A stretch of DNA of 64,000 bases, taken from the NCBI GenBank assembly GCA_973851085.1, contig OZ316775.1, positions 15,500,001 to 15,564,000 of the forward strand, written 5' to 3'. The position numbers were made by a program, and so were the translations under genes. Of the stretch, positions 53,485-64,000 are shown piece after piece. Position 1 is the stretch's first letter. Each line of letters opens with the position of its first letter. The DNA comes from Ptychomitrium polyphyllum. Its lineage: Eukaryota. Under the pieces are notes generated by a model. It saw nothing but the letters and a program-made list of their open reading frames with translations. It was not told where the DNA came from and did not search any database.

Positions 53485-54769
53485 ATGGCCACTGCAGCTG
53501 AGCGTGCCGCCGTCAGAGCCGAGGAAGTGCGGATGGAAGGTAAGGGTTCTGGAGGAAGAGCTGCCGAGGCTGCCAAGAATGCAGCGACTGGTCGGGATCA
53601 ACGAGCAGTTGGTTCATTGCACGACGATCCTTTTGCCAGTCCCGATGAAACTCGTGTTGGAGATGGAGGTCTATTGGATCCCCATCATCACGACAATGGG
53701 GGAATGCTTGGGCGTACTGAGGAGGAGATGGCGCGCTTGCGGAACCGCACCCATATAACACATGAAGGAGAAGCGTATTGTCCTAATCCCAATATCAGGG
53801 ATCTTGTAAGTAATCAACTCTAGTTCAAGCTTCTGTAAAAGCTCTTAGCATTCTCTAAGTTTGTCAACGTTGTAAGCATTACTGCGTCGAAGCATAGTAA
53901 CGTGATAGGAACGTGAGTAGTTTATGCGCAGAAATGCTGGTCCCGTCCTTAACATGTCGATAACCTTGCAGCCCAAGGAGTTCGAGACTAGGGTTCAAGT
54001 CATCCAGAGGTACCCTGAGATGAAAACAGTCGAGAAAACTGATTTCGTGAAGGAGATTTATCATGAGGAGCGGACGATAAGCGTGCCAAAGACCAGAATG
54101 ATATACGACGAGGTTGAGAGAATTGACCGCGTTCCTGTCGTGAAGCAAGTGCCCAAAACGAGGATTGAGATTGTGTACAGAGTTGTTGAAGAAGAGCGCG
54201 AGGTAACAGACATGGTACCAGTTGTTGAATACATGGATGTACCCAGAATTGAGCAGGTGCCTCGAGTTATTACTGAGAATGTGGAAGAAAGAGTTACGGT
54301 TCCTGTTGTGCGAGAGGTACCTGTCTCCCGCATGGTCGAGGTGCCCACCGGAAAGTAAGTGTTACTAACCCCGCTTATTCCTGTTTCTTTCTTGTGTGTT
54401 AAAATGAAAAAGGTAGGAGAATCGAACATATGCGCAACCCTGGCTTTCTTATTTGGAGTTGTTGATATTCTAGGACTTCCTTTTGATTGCATATTGTGTG
54501 TTCTGTGCAGCTACTGCGAGGCGCCTGTTGGTGAATTCATTAGCCCCGGCGACTTAAACCTCCTTCACCACAAACACGATCATCATGGTGGAGATAATTT
54601 AGGTCATCTACTGAACAAAAACAACAGCTCGTCATCTTCTTCATCTTCCGACGATGGTAGTACAGGCCGCGATGCAGGTATGACCGTGCACCACAACGCA
54701 GACGGAACCATAAGTTATGCAGGACACAAGAAGAAGCCTGGTTTGTTCCAAAGGATTATCCATCACTAG
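53485..54769 (+). CDS. Val/Glu/Pro-rich repeat protein with dehydrin-like tail, paralog C; exons 53485-53805, 53972-54354, 54511-54769
   Basis: MATAAERAAVRAEEVRMEGKG...YCPNPNIRDL|PKEFETRVQVIQRYPEMK...VEVPTGN|YCEAP...[11 protein letters not shown]...KKKPGLFQRIIHH*. Confidence 0.93.
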
Positions 54770-55630
54770 ATCGAACCTCACGAGTTGATCTCCAGCGAGA
54801 ATCGTACTTCATTCCTGTAGAAGTAGTTAATGGCTAATTTTGTTGAAGTTTTGGAACGCCATAGCTTGTAAGTATGCTATTAGGTTTAAGTCGACACAGT
54901 TTGTTGATAGTTTGTAAATTAGAGGAATACCGGAATGAAAACGCTAGTGAGAGTGGCATGATATTATGTACATCGATAAACTGATGCTACCGAAATTACA
55001 CAGACCTTTGAATTACACTTCAGCTGCTATTTTCAAGTTAATTCTCTATTTTGAAAAATCTTGCAGATGGGTTGCAACATGTCCGACGTTTTGTATATGC
55101 CAGTTCTCACATTTTAATGCCCTTCACTCTCTTTCTGCCCTAAGCACTTAGAGATTGTTGAAATGCTGCTGTTGTCCTTCACTTTTTTTGCAATGGATCT
55201 GGATTAGTTGACATGATTAGTTGACATCAACCCTGTTTGGTCGTTGCACTCAATCTATTGCACAGCATTATCTACAACGACGGTAGAATGTATTCATCTT
55301 TTCGTAATTGCTATTGTTACCAGCATGTCAGGTATTTGAAAGATGTTTTTCTGCGTCCTCGCAAGTTTCATGCTATGACGCAGAAGTTAGCAATGTGACT
55401 GTAAGGGCGGCTGGGAAAGTGCTGCACGGCTTCAGGGGAAGGGCTTGCGCAATACCATTGTCTAGATCTGTAGCAAAGGAAGATTTAAATTAGACTTAGT
55501 ACAGATTGTTTAAGGCTGATATGCATTTCCACCTATATCTTTTATAGGAATTGGGGTTTCGGTTATTGTTTTGAGGACTTGGAGTTGCATCTACTTTGCA
55601 CATGTGCCAGTTGATAGACAGAACACGATC

Positions 55631-56932
55631 ATGGCTGTTGAGGGAGACGGGAAGCATGAGATTAGAGTATTTTCGAATTATCTGCCAGATGTAGTGGTGA
55701 TAGAGAGCGCCATTCCTGACGCTTATGCGTGGCCAGAACAGCAGGTTGCCAAGTATGTTGAGCAGGATGACTTTGATGCTGCATTAGAGATACCAGTAAT
55801 TTATTTGGAGGATGGGGATTTGCAGGAAAAAGAGATTTGCAACCAAATCAGGGACGCTTGTTCGAGTTGGGGAATCTTTCAGGTGCTGAACCATGGTGTC
55901 AGTTTGCACGTGATGGAAAGTATGCGATCCGCCCCGTTGAAGTTTTTTGAACTGCCCTTGGTAACGAAGGAAAAGCTCGGGTGCAAGATCGATGAATATT
56001 CGCTTCTCTGACTACGGGTTTACGACTCGAACAAGACGAAGACTAATCGCAGAAATTGGAGCGAAGGACTCGCTCTGGAGATGCCGAAAGTCGGAGAAAT
56101 GACAAGGATTTTGTGGCCGGACGACTACGACTGTCAGCTTGAATTTTGGTACTCTCATACCGCAATATCACCCTTCTATGCTGCACTTTAGGGAAAGAAG
56201 TAATGCAACACTATGATTGCACAATTAAGTCATCGACCCGTGAAATCACAGAATTCTTAATTATGGCTTGTTTGCAGTAAACTGAAAACTACAATGTAGC
56301 ACTAAAGGAGCTCGTATTGAGGTTGTTTCACCTCTTCATGAATAGCTTGGGGGTCTATCCCAATGATTATGAGAAGTATTCGCTGAAGGAGCCTGCTTAC
56401 TTCCGATTGAACCATTACCCGCCAGGTCCTACTCCGTCTCTGGCAGTTGCTTTGCTGCCCCATCGAGACTCCGATCTCTTCAGAATCCTGCTGCAAGGTC
56501 TGCTAGCAGCTTGCAGGTTCTGAATAATGATCGATGGGTTCCAATACGTCCGAAGCCCGACGCATTCACCGTCAATGTTGGCACAATGCTCCAGGTTAGA
56601 TCTTGCTCGTCAAATTCCACTATCTTGTTGCTGACCTAAAGTAGGTTGCTGATTTTGCTTATTTAACTTGTGCTATCATTGTTCCTGTGTGGGCGCTTAG
56701 CAATGACCTTTATGAAAGCGCACTTCATAAAGCAGTTGTGAACAAGAGCGAAGATCGTTACTCGGTGGCACGTTTCGTGCAACCACCAGACTGGAACCAT
56801 ATCTCTCCTCTCCCGGAGCTTGTAGATACCGAGCATCCGGCGCAATACCGGCCTTTCACGATGTTGAAGTACATGGAGGTCCGAGCTGCTGAACATCCGA
56901 TCGACGCTTACAAGTGCTTTGCAGCTCAATAA
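55631..56932 (+). pseudogene. 2-oxoglutarate/Fe(II)-dependent dioxygenase (DOXC, GA-oxidase-like) pseudogene, three exons
   Basis: IPVIYL...ACSSWGIFQVLNHGV...FFELP, NWSEG, RLNHYPP, HRD (~56461), LQV...WVPIRP...VNVG, LSNDLYESALHKAVVN...RYS. Lesions: TGA at 56009, frameshifts near 56280 and 56500, and exon 3 acceptor reads GG (~56691-56692). Confidence 0.9.
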
Positions 56933-58432
56933 ACTCCTATCCAAAAGCGCGTTGTTACAGTGATATCGATTCACGAGGTTTACTACTGTAGTTAAGGTTT
57001 CTGCTTGGAACAATGCAATGATTGTGGACACGATGCCAAGAATTAGGAAGCACTGCCCCTTATGCAATCATGCCATGGTTTGCACAATCAAGTCATCTTG
57101 GTAGGATAAGGAACAACGGTTTGAAACCTGGGACGTCCGCGTGTAGATTGTAAATATGAAGCGATCACTATAAATGAAAGTACAGATTTTCTAACATCGA
57201 GGTGCGCTGTCTGGTTACCGGTGTCACAAGTGGAATCCTACATTAGAGTTTAAGCATGCTTGTGGGTTGAACATTGGCAGGCACGTGGAGACATAAAGAA
57301 TGGACACTGACAATCCTCAGACTGATTTTCGCAGAAAATCATCATGGCCAAGGCTCAGAGCATCATTAACTCAATCCAGTTGCGTCTGACTATCCAGATT
57401 TCGGTGGGGAGCCTATAATGGTGGTGCTCATAGAGCTTCCCGTGGGGATGAAGCAGCCGTCGCACAGTACTCCACAAGATCAATTTTGTTATCACTCTTT
57501 CCTGGACATGGTATGTGCACATCACTCCCTACATCTTTTCTCCGCAGCATCACTTAAGCAGGTAACTTTTGCAGTATTCCAAGTGGCTGAAGTGTTGGTT
57601 AGTTTTTCACTTTTGTATATTGTGGGATAATTTTGTGTTATTACTTCAGGTACATAGAGACGAGTGATGGAACCCGACACAATTTTAAGAAGGGATAGCT
57701 CCTGTTTCAGGACAGTACCGCAAAGTCACCAGCTGTCAAGCAGCCGATGCATAACTCAGGCACACATGGGAATAATCCTTGCCATCAATTGATTGTACAA
57801 CTTTCAAGAACCCCCCCAAGCAGACAACCCATTCCCTATTTGATTCTGAGGAAAACATAGGTTAGCATTTCCGAGAAATAAGAATGTAGAACTCGATCAT
57901 AAAGGCTTTTTCTGTCTAGGCTGGACATCAATTTGATCTAGAATTATTCTTGTTCATTTCACACACCCAAAGTGTGCAGATCTCTCAATACAGTTATCCT
58001 CAGCATCAATCATTTACAGAGACCGATTGCGTTTGAACCAGTAGTGCTAATTTGCAAGTACTTTTCAGTCAATAATAAGCTATCGAAAAACTAGGAACCT
58101 CTAGTAGTTTGTCCCAATATCTAGAGGCTAAAGAATTTTTTCAGAGTATCTGCCTCCAGTAGTAGAGTCCACTGCAAGAGACTAGAGCAATCATGTGTCC
58201 CCTTGTGCCTCTTCGAACAACAAGGCTACACTACCTTGAGAGTTCTAAATTTGCGAGTGCATACTTTACAAACCTAAGAAGACTTGCTGCCCGTTTGCAG
58301 AAAAATCGTTGAAAAATGGGTGCCAACAGACACTGGTTATGTCCGCAATTTGATGGCAGTGCGCGCTGGTGCGTGTTTATCCCTAGAACATGGGAGGAGA
58401 TAAGATAGTTAAATGATGACCTAAAAACGTCT

Positions 58433-61400
58433 TCAGTAAGGATTTAGAGTAGCTTGATAAGCAGGTGCGGGTCGGCTGAAGTGATTTTGAATTCTACTCC
58501 TGGTCATCTGCAAATCGCGCACAAAATTTGTACGTGCCTTCGCGAATGGTGCATCTCGAGCTGGAACCAAGAAGACAACGTCACAAATTAGACCATCGTT
58601 ACACTGCAGAAGAAGACTATCAGTAGCAGATTAAAAGCTCGCCTAACATCATAAACGTAAATTTGACAATCCAAATACAATACTTACGTAGTCGTTGAGC
58701 CCCTCGGCTAATGGACTTATGCCTCTTCCAGCAGAATACTCCACCGGCCACAAGAACGATCAAGCCAACAAGAACGCCAATGATGATGCCAACCTTCTGA
58801 GCGGTTGACACTTTAGAGCATGGTCCAATTCCAGTTCCGCACAAATCGTGATTATTTGCAACACTGCACACAACCAAAGTCCAAGCGGGAACTTGCCAGT
58901 GTGAGCCTGTGAAGAAGAATTAAGCCTTGTTCAGCTACATATACTTCGGGCTACATTACATAGATAACACGAGTGCAATTGTACGAATTGAACGAAGACG
59001 TACTTTAGCATCGCACCACGGACTGGTAGTGCTCCCAACGTAGATGGCACCTCTCCACTTAGTGTGTTGTCATTCAGCAACCTGTGAAGATCAACACGAC
59101 CACCTCTCAGGATGAAATGCAGAGTGGCTCCCATGACTACAGGTGCATTCAAAGGTGATTTGAATAAATCTCCACATTTACATGAGTCGAAGAAGCTTAC
59201 AGTGCTTTTAGGTTAGACAGTTGTCCCAGACTGGCAGGTATCGATCCGTTTAAACGATTGTGCGAAAGGTCCCTGTGTCAAATTCAGACAACTCATCTGT
59301 TAATGCTCAGGGATCTCGAAAAAGTTGATTAGAGATCGTCTTCAAAAAGTTAGCCAAATTGGAACACAGTTGGAACGCATGGGAGCTTCCGGAAAATGGC
59401 AGGGAACTCACAAAGCGGTAAGAGAAGTCATTCTGCCGAAAGAGGAAGGAATTGCACCCCGAAAAAGATTATGGCTCAGATTCCTGCTCACACAAGGTCG
59501 CCATTAAGGCTTAAAAATTCCTACGAAACGTCCACAATAAGAAAGTTCTGACATAACCATCTCGTGTAACAGAAATTTATACTCACAGCGACTGAAGCTG
59601 CCGCAACGCAGCCCAGTTGTCGTCAAGTTGTCCCCCAATTCCCTGAAAATCCAAAGCTCTAAACCATGCCACATTTGTACAATTGGTAAGAATCACAAGC
59701 TCCTCTCAGAACTCAAATGGTGCAGTTGTTGCTACAGTAAATCGATCGCACACCACACTGCCATGAAGTCGAAGTCGGGATACTTACAAATCGGAAACGA
59801 ACCAGGCGCCGGTCACAGGATCAAATGCACACTTGGTGCCATACCAAGGATGCTCCGGCGGCACGCACGGATCTCCATTCCATCCCAGGCGTGAGGGTAG
59901 TTCCAAAGTTCGCTTGATATTTTGAAGTGCCCACACTGCGAAAACCGCATCGCCATAGCCAAGATCAAAGTTAGGTTTTCTTCTCCGACGAGAACATAAA
60001 GAAGACCAAAACTCGGATTAGGGATGTTACCACTCTCATCCAAGGTAGCGTACTCCCGAGGAATGATCTCAAACACCTCGAAAGCGTTCACAGCAACGGA
60101 CCCCTTGATAGGATAAAAGCTGAGAGTCAAGATTTTACTGTCAGCCATCACCGTCTTGTTCAAATTGATCGCTTTGAACGGCGCGCCAGCCATCTTCACG
60201 ATATCGACGGCGGGGAACAGAGGCTTATCATTGACGGTCACATCGAACACTCGCATGTCGGCGGTGACCCCCGCTTGGATCTCCGCGAAGTGCAACCAGA
60301 TGGAGTAGGTCTGGTTCGGCTGCACGGGGATGGTGTAGGACAGTTTGTTCAGCGGGTCGGTCGTGGTGGCGGATTGGTATATCGCTTCAGGGTAGATGTT
60401 AGGAGGGTTCCCGAAGTTAGTGATGGTGGCATTCGTGTGCAGCGCATCGACAGCAGAGCCGAGCGCGAAGAGCGACTGGTCCGTAGCCCAGTAGCGATCA
60501 CCGCCCCAAACATCGGCGTGCATCCTCGAGCCGTAACCGGACTGCGTAGCGCCGGCCGTCACTCTCTTGATAGTTCGCATGACCACATTCAGATTCGCGT
60601 TGGAGCCCATGTTGTAGGCGTCGATGTACAACTGCAAGATTTCAACAGACGCAACCACAGGATTCCCCTGACTTGAGCTGTGGAAGCAAATGGTCGCAGC
60701 GCCGTCCGTGATGTGGAGAAGAGAATCTGCATACTCGTTGTCCACGATTGAACTCCACCCGGGCGCCAAAGAGTACACTAGAGTGCCCTCCAGAGAGACA
60801 TCGAAGGCGGGCTCCTTTCCTGCGTTATCAGCTTCTCCGAACGAAAAGAGGAACCTAAGCAATTGGATCAGAAACTTGTCAGCTCACAGAAACTTGAGGC
60901 AACCAGGACACCATGATTCAATTCTCCTATGCAATCAATTCATCGGCCAACCTTGTTAAGTAGTGGCCGCTAGGAACACTAATGTTGTAGCAACTCTCCT
61001 TCCCGTCTGATTTAGAGTCGAAGAAGCGAACTGAGTTTAGATGCGACGCTATTCGGCTTGGTGAAGTGAGAGGGCCGGACCTGCCCCCCGTGTAGCCAAA
61101 GTCATGGGACCAGCTGTAACCGGTTTCGTTCGCGACGGTGTCGACAATGGCGCCGCACGCAATCCGCATTGAGAAAGGACCTGAGTACAATTGAGTTTCT
61201 CGTTGTCAGATGATATTGTAGTTCAAATTAGGTATAAAAATTAATGATACCACGAGTTCTAATCACGCGATATCAGTGACTCCAAAGCTTGGGAAACATA
61301 CGATGCGCGGCCATGCGATACTTTGGACAAGGAGCAATCGGTACGAATTGCTTCAAAGGGAATGTGTAGATTTAGGAGAATTGAGTTCCTGCTCTTGTCG

Positions 61401-61633
61401 ATACAAATGCTTCTGTCTTTTCATACCATGTCTCTAAGTCCTTGCACAAAATTTAAGCATAGTTTTCGTGTTGCCAGTGCGTTGACTCTCCAAATTGTTT
61501 GAAAAATAAAAAGAGGTGCGAATCGATTGAGCGTGACGTCCTTACCTCCACTCTGAGCGGCAGCGAAAGGAGTCCGAAAAGCACCGCAAATGACAGCCAC
61601 GATAACAATGGAGACGGCACGCGCAAGATCCAT
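58433..61633 (-). CDS. RLP4: Malectin-like + LRR receptor-like protein (RLP4-like), about 10 exons, no kinase domain
   Basis: Signal peptide MDLARAVSIVIVAVICG, MRIACGA, malectin-like WGGDRYW/YPEAIYQSA/IWLHFAEI, LGWNGDPCVP, 72-nt LRR exons (e.g. 59483-59412), TM VGIIIGVLVGLIVLVAGGVFCWKR, tail RDAPFAKARTNFVRDLQMTR; TGA at 58435-58433. Confidence 0.9.
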
Positions 61634-64000
61634 CTTGCTAGATCCCGACGTTGGCCACGAACCAGATGTTGTTCTCCTTATCAGTCAAATCCAATCTTCG
61701 AGGGCTGCAGATTTTATGTATCTCTAGATGCAAACAACGGTTCCGTCACGCCTCCATGTCACGAACGCCAGAACCAGCCCCTGCGCTCCCTGCTCTCAAA
61801 ACGCACACTACAAAGCGCTTGGACACAACACTGCCCAATTCCATCCTCATATTGATCCTCAAGAATCTCTGCTCAGCGCGCATTCACAGATTCTCCAGCG
61901 CAGCTCCACCATTACCGCAGCCTCCCAATCCTACCCTCTCACATATCACTGTACCCAGCTTCAAGCAAACAACCTCCGAATTTGCTCCAAAAACAGAGTA
62001 CACTGCATACTACACCAATCCTGAATCAATGCCGCTCTCACAACCCACTTACAGTACTACGCGAAAAGACTGCCACCTCACGAAACCCATACGAAAGTTG
62101 ATCGTCAAATGCGCCGATCCACAATTGCACCTGGTCATCGATCGCTACTGGAATCCAAGTCCAACCGGGTTCAGAAGCTGGATCCACTCGGAACGTAATC
62201 ACCGGCGTAGGCTGCAACCATGTCTTCCTTCCTGGATCTGCAACCTAGAAGTTCTTCCAGAGTTTCCCAAAGGTCTCCCAAAATAAACTAACTGTCGACC
62301 CAAATGTTAAACCTTTGCATCCAACTGTTGAACCTCTGCAGCATGTAATGGTCCTACCCTTCGCATGCACTCAAGACTGCAGCATGCAAGGGAAGCAGAG
62401 CAAGAGAGACTCAACCTACTGAAGAATTTAGGTGCTTGAAAGTTGCATGGCGAAGCAGGTGACGGATCCACGATCGCGACGGACGCGACGGATTTCTAGC
62501 GTACGCTCGCTGCACTCGCGCGAGAGCGCCGATGCTCAACCTCGCGCTCCCTCCGCCGCGCCACAGTCACGCATCTCCTCCTTTCCTAGATTTCCGACGG
62601 TAATTGCACTGTATCTACAAAATAATATTTCAGATTTTGATCATGCGCTTCCACGTGTTTTATAAAGTTTTGTAGATTCTCAAAAGAGTGAGGGAGTGTT
62701 CGCCTCTTGTAGATCCCGTTGCTCGAGTCAACAGCTGCATGGACATAAATGAACGGAGTTGGGACCTGTGCCCACGCTTGTGTCAAATTGCGCTTGAGAT
62801 GCCAATTAGTAAGAAAATCTTTTATCCGACATAACATTCGTTAGCGGATGGTGGGTGAAGGCAGTAACTCCTGTAACAGTGACTTTTGACCAGGTATAAC
62901 AACCCGTCCGTCCATGGCCTTGCCATTCCTTAGCATTCAGTAGCACTTACTAAACCATAGATTTTACAGTATTATTTTCGAAAATATTGATTCCAGGGTA
63001 CATCAAGGACCTTGTCTGCAATTTTCAAAAGAATTTAAGCCTTTTTAAACTTTTTATGAGGTTTCAAGTGTAAAACATTTTTGAAACATTTGCAAGTGCA
63101 ATACTAAATACCTAAAATGACAGAAAATTTATTAATAAATTATGGTGTTATTTTATTTTTATTTTTTTAGTACTATATGAAATTTAGCTTCATTGCTTCG
63201 TTAAGTTGGAAATTCCATCACATTAAAGATTATGGTGTTGGAAATCTCATATACTTTGAAAAGTCATATAACATGGAGCTTGATCTCCAAATTGAAAGTT
63301 TATTAAATTCTAAAATGGTAAGCTGGTCATATTTCTTTGCAGTATATATAAAACTTAATACCTGACAATACATTGGAGTACTTGACAATCTAATTTTTAA
63401 AAAAATTCAAAAGAGATATTAAGATCAACAAGGTAAACATAACTTCTCCCTTGGACCATCTAAAATCACATAGGTAAGGATCAATTTCATGAAAAGCCCA
63501 TTTCAAAGCACATTGGACGAAGTGTAAGTTTTTATGACCAATCCGAGAAATCGATTCCCGCATACTGTAATCACATAGCAAATTTGCCGTTTTCTCAGAA
63601 AAGTTAAAAAATACTCCCCAAGCACACACAACTCCGTCAAACAGATACCCTCTTAAAACTCATATTTCTTCTTTGCAAAAAAAGAATTCTTAAAATTTCC
63701 AAAACTGTGAGATCTGTTTTCAGAAGCAGTCAGTGACAGAGCTGTTATGTGAGTATGGCATGAGAATTCAAATGGCCAGAGTGGTACAATATCAGGAAGA
63801 AAATTCTCCTCGGTGTCGTGGATTTGGGTGGTGGACCAGGAGTTGTTGAGCGGTGGAGATGCAGTTATGAAGTGTGGGTTTGACAGGAAGGTGTTGCACG
63901 GTTGTTGAAGGACCACCTCTTCATTGCCGATCATGTCTATTTCCGTGTGTGTTTGCCCTGTTCGAGGCAGCGCCACGTCAATGGCCAACCTTCCATATTG

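Noticed and set aside
41628..54769. Calling the three paralogs canonical dehydrins
   Set aside because: No complete K-segment (EKKGIMDKIKEKLPG) and the Val-rich core is unlike hydrophilic dehydrins.
28321..56932. AKR plus 2OGD as a biosynthetic gene cluster
   Set aside because: Both are disrupted, 25 kb apart, and no scaffold-forming enzyme is present in the window.
61499..62665. + strand ORFs of up to 211 aa upstream of RLP4
   Set aside because: Antisense to the RLP4 leader/promoter; low-information sequence with non-ATG starts.
63390..63988. ORFs at the right edge with faint kinase-like words (ISRIGHKNL; RKKILLGV)
   Set aside because: The words lie on opposite strands and no catalytic kinase motifs are present; cannot be supported within this window.

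Overview
Gene-rich eukaryotic plant DNA with GT-AG introns and AT-rich spacers; the gene styles suggest a moss (inference, species not determinable). Apparently intact genes: 3' end of an ARL8 GTPase, a DUF4057-like repeat protein, a cluster-III diacylglycerol kinase, an SGR2/DDHD phospholipase A1, an intronless ubiquitin-activating enzyme E1, an uncharacterised signal-peptide protein ending in GGEL, and an RLP4-like malectin-LRR receptor-like protein. Decayed genes: aldo-keto reductase, 2-oxoglutarate dioxygenase, a kelch/F-box-type fragment, a probable PIF/Harbinger transposase remnant and a possible GRAS fragment. The most unusual feature is a cluster of three paralogs (41.6-54.8 kb) joining a highly conserved ~130-aa Val/Glu/Pro/Arg-rich domain (alveolin/articulin-like 'VEVP' repeats) to His/Gly-rich linkers and a dehydrin-like S-segment plus basic tail; the copies have 3, 1 and 2 coding introns at homologous positions. 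The E1 gene has an overlapping uORF and a weak M1 / strong M40 start arrangement like human UBA1a/b. All exon coordinates were read by eye and all family calls are from motif recognition, not database searches.
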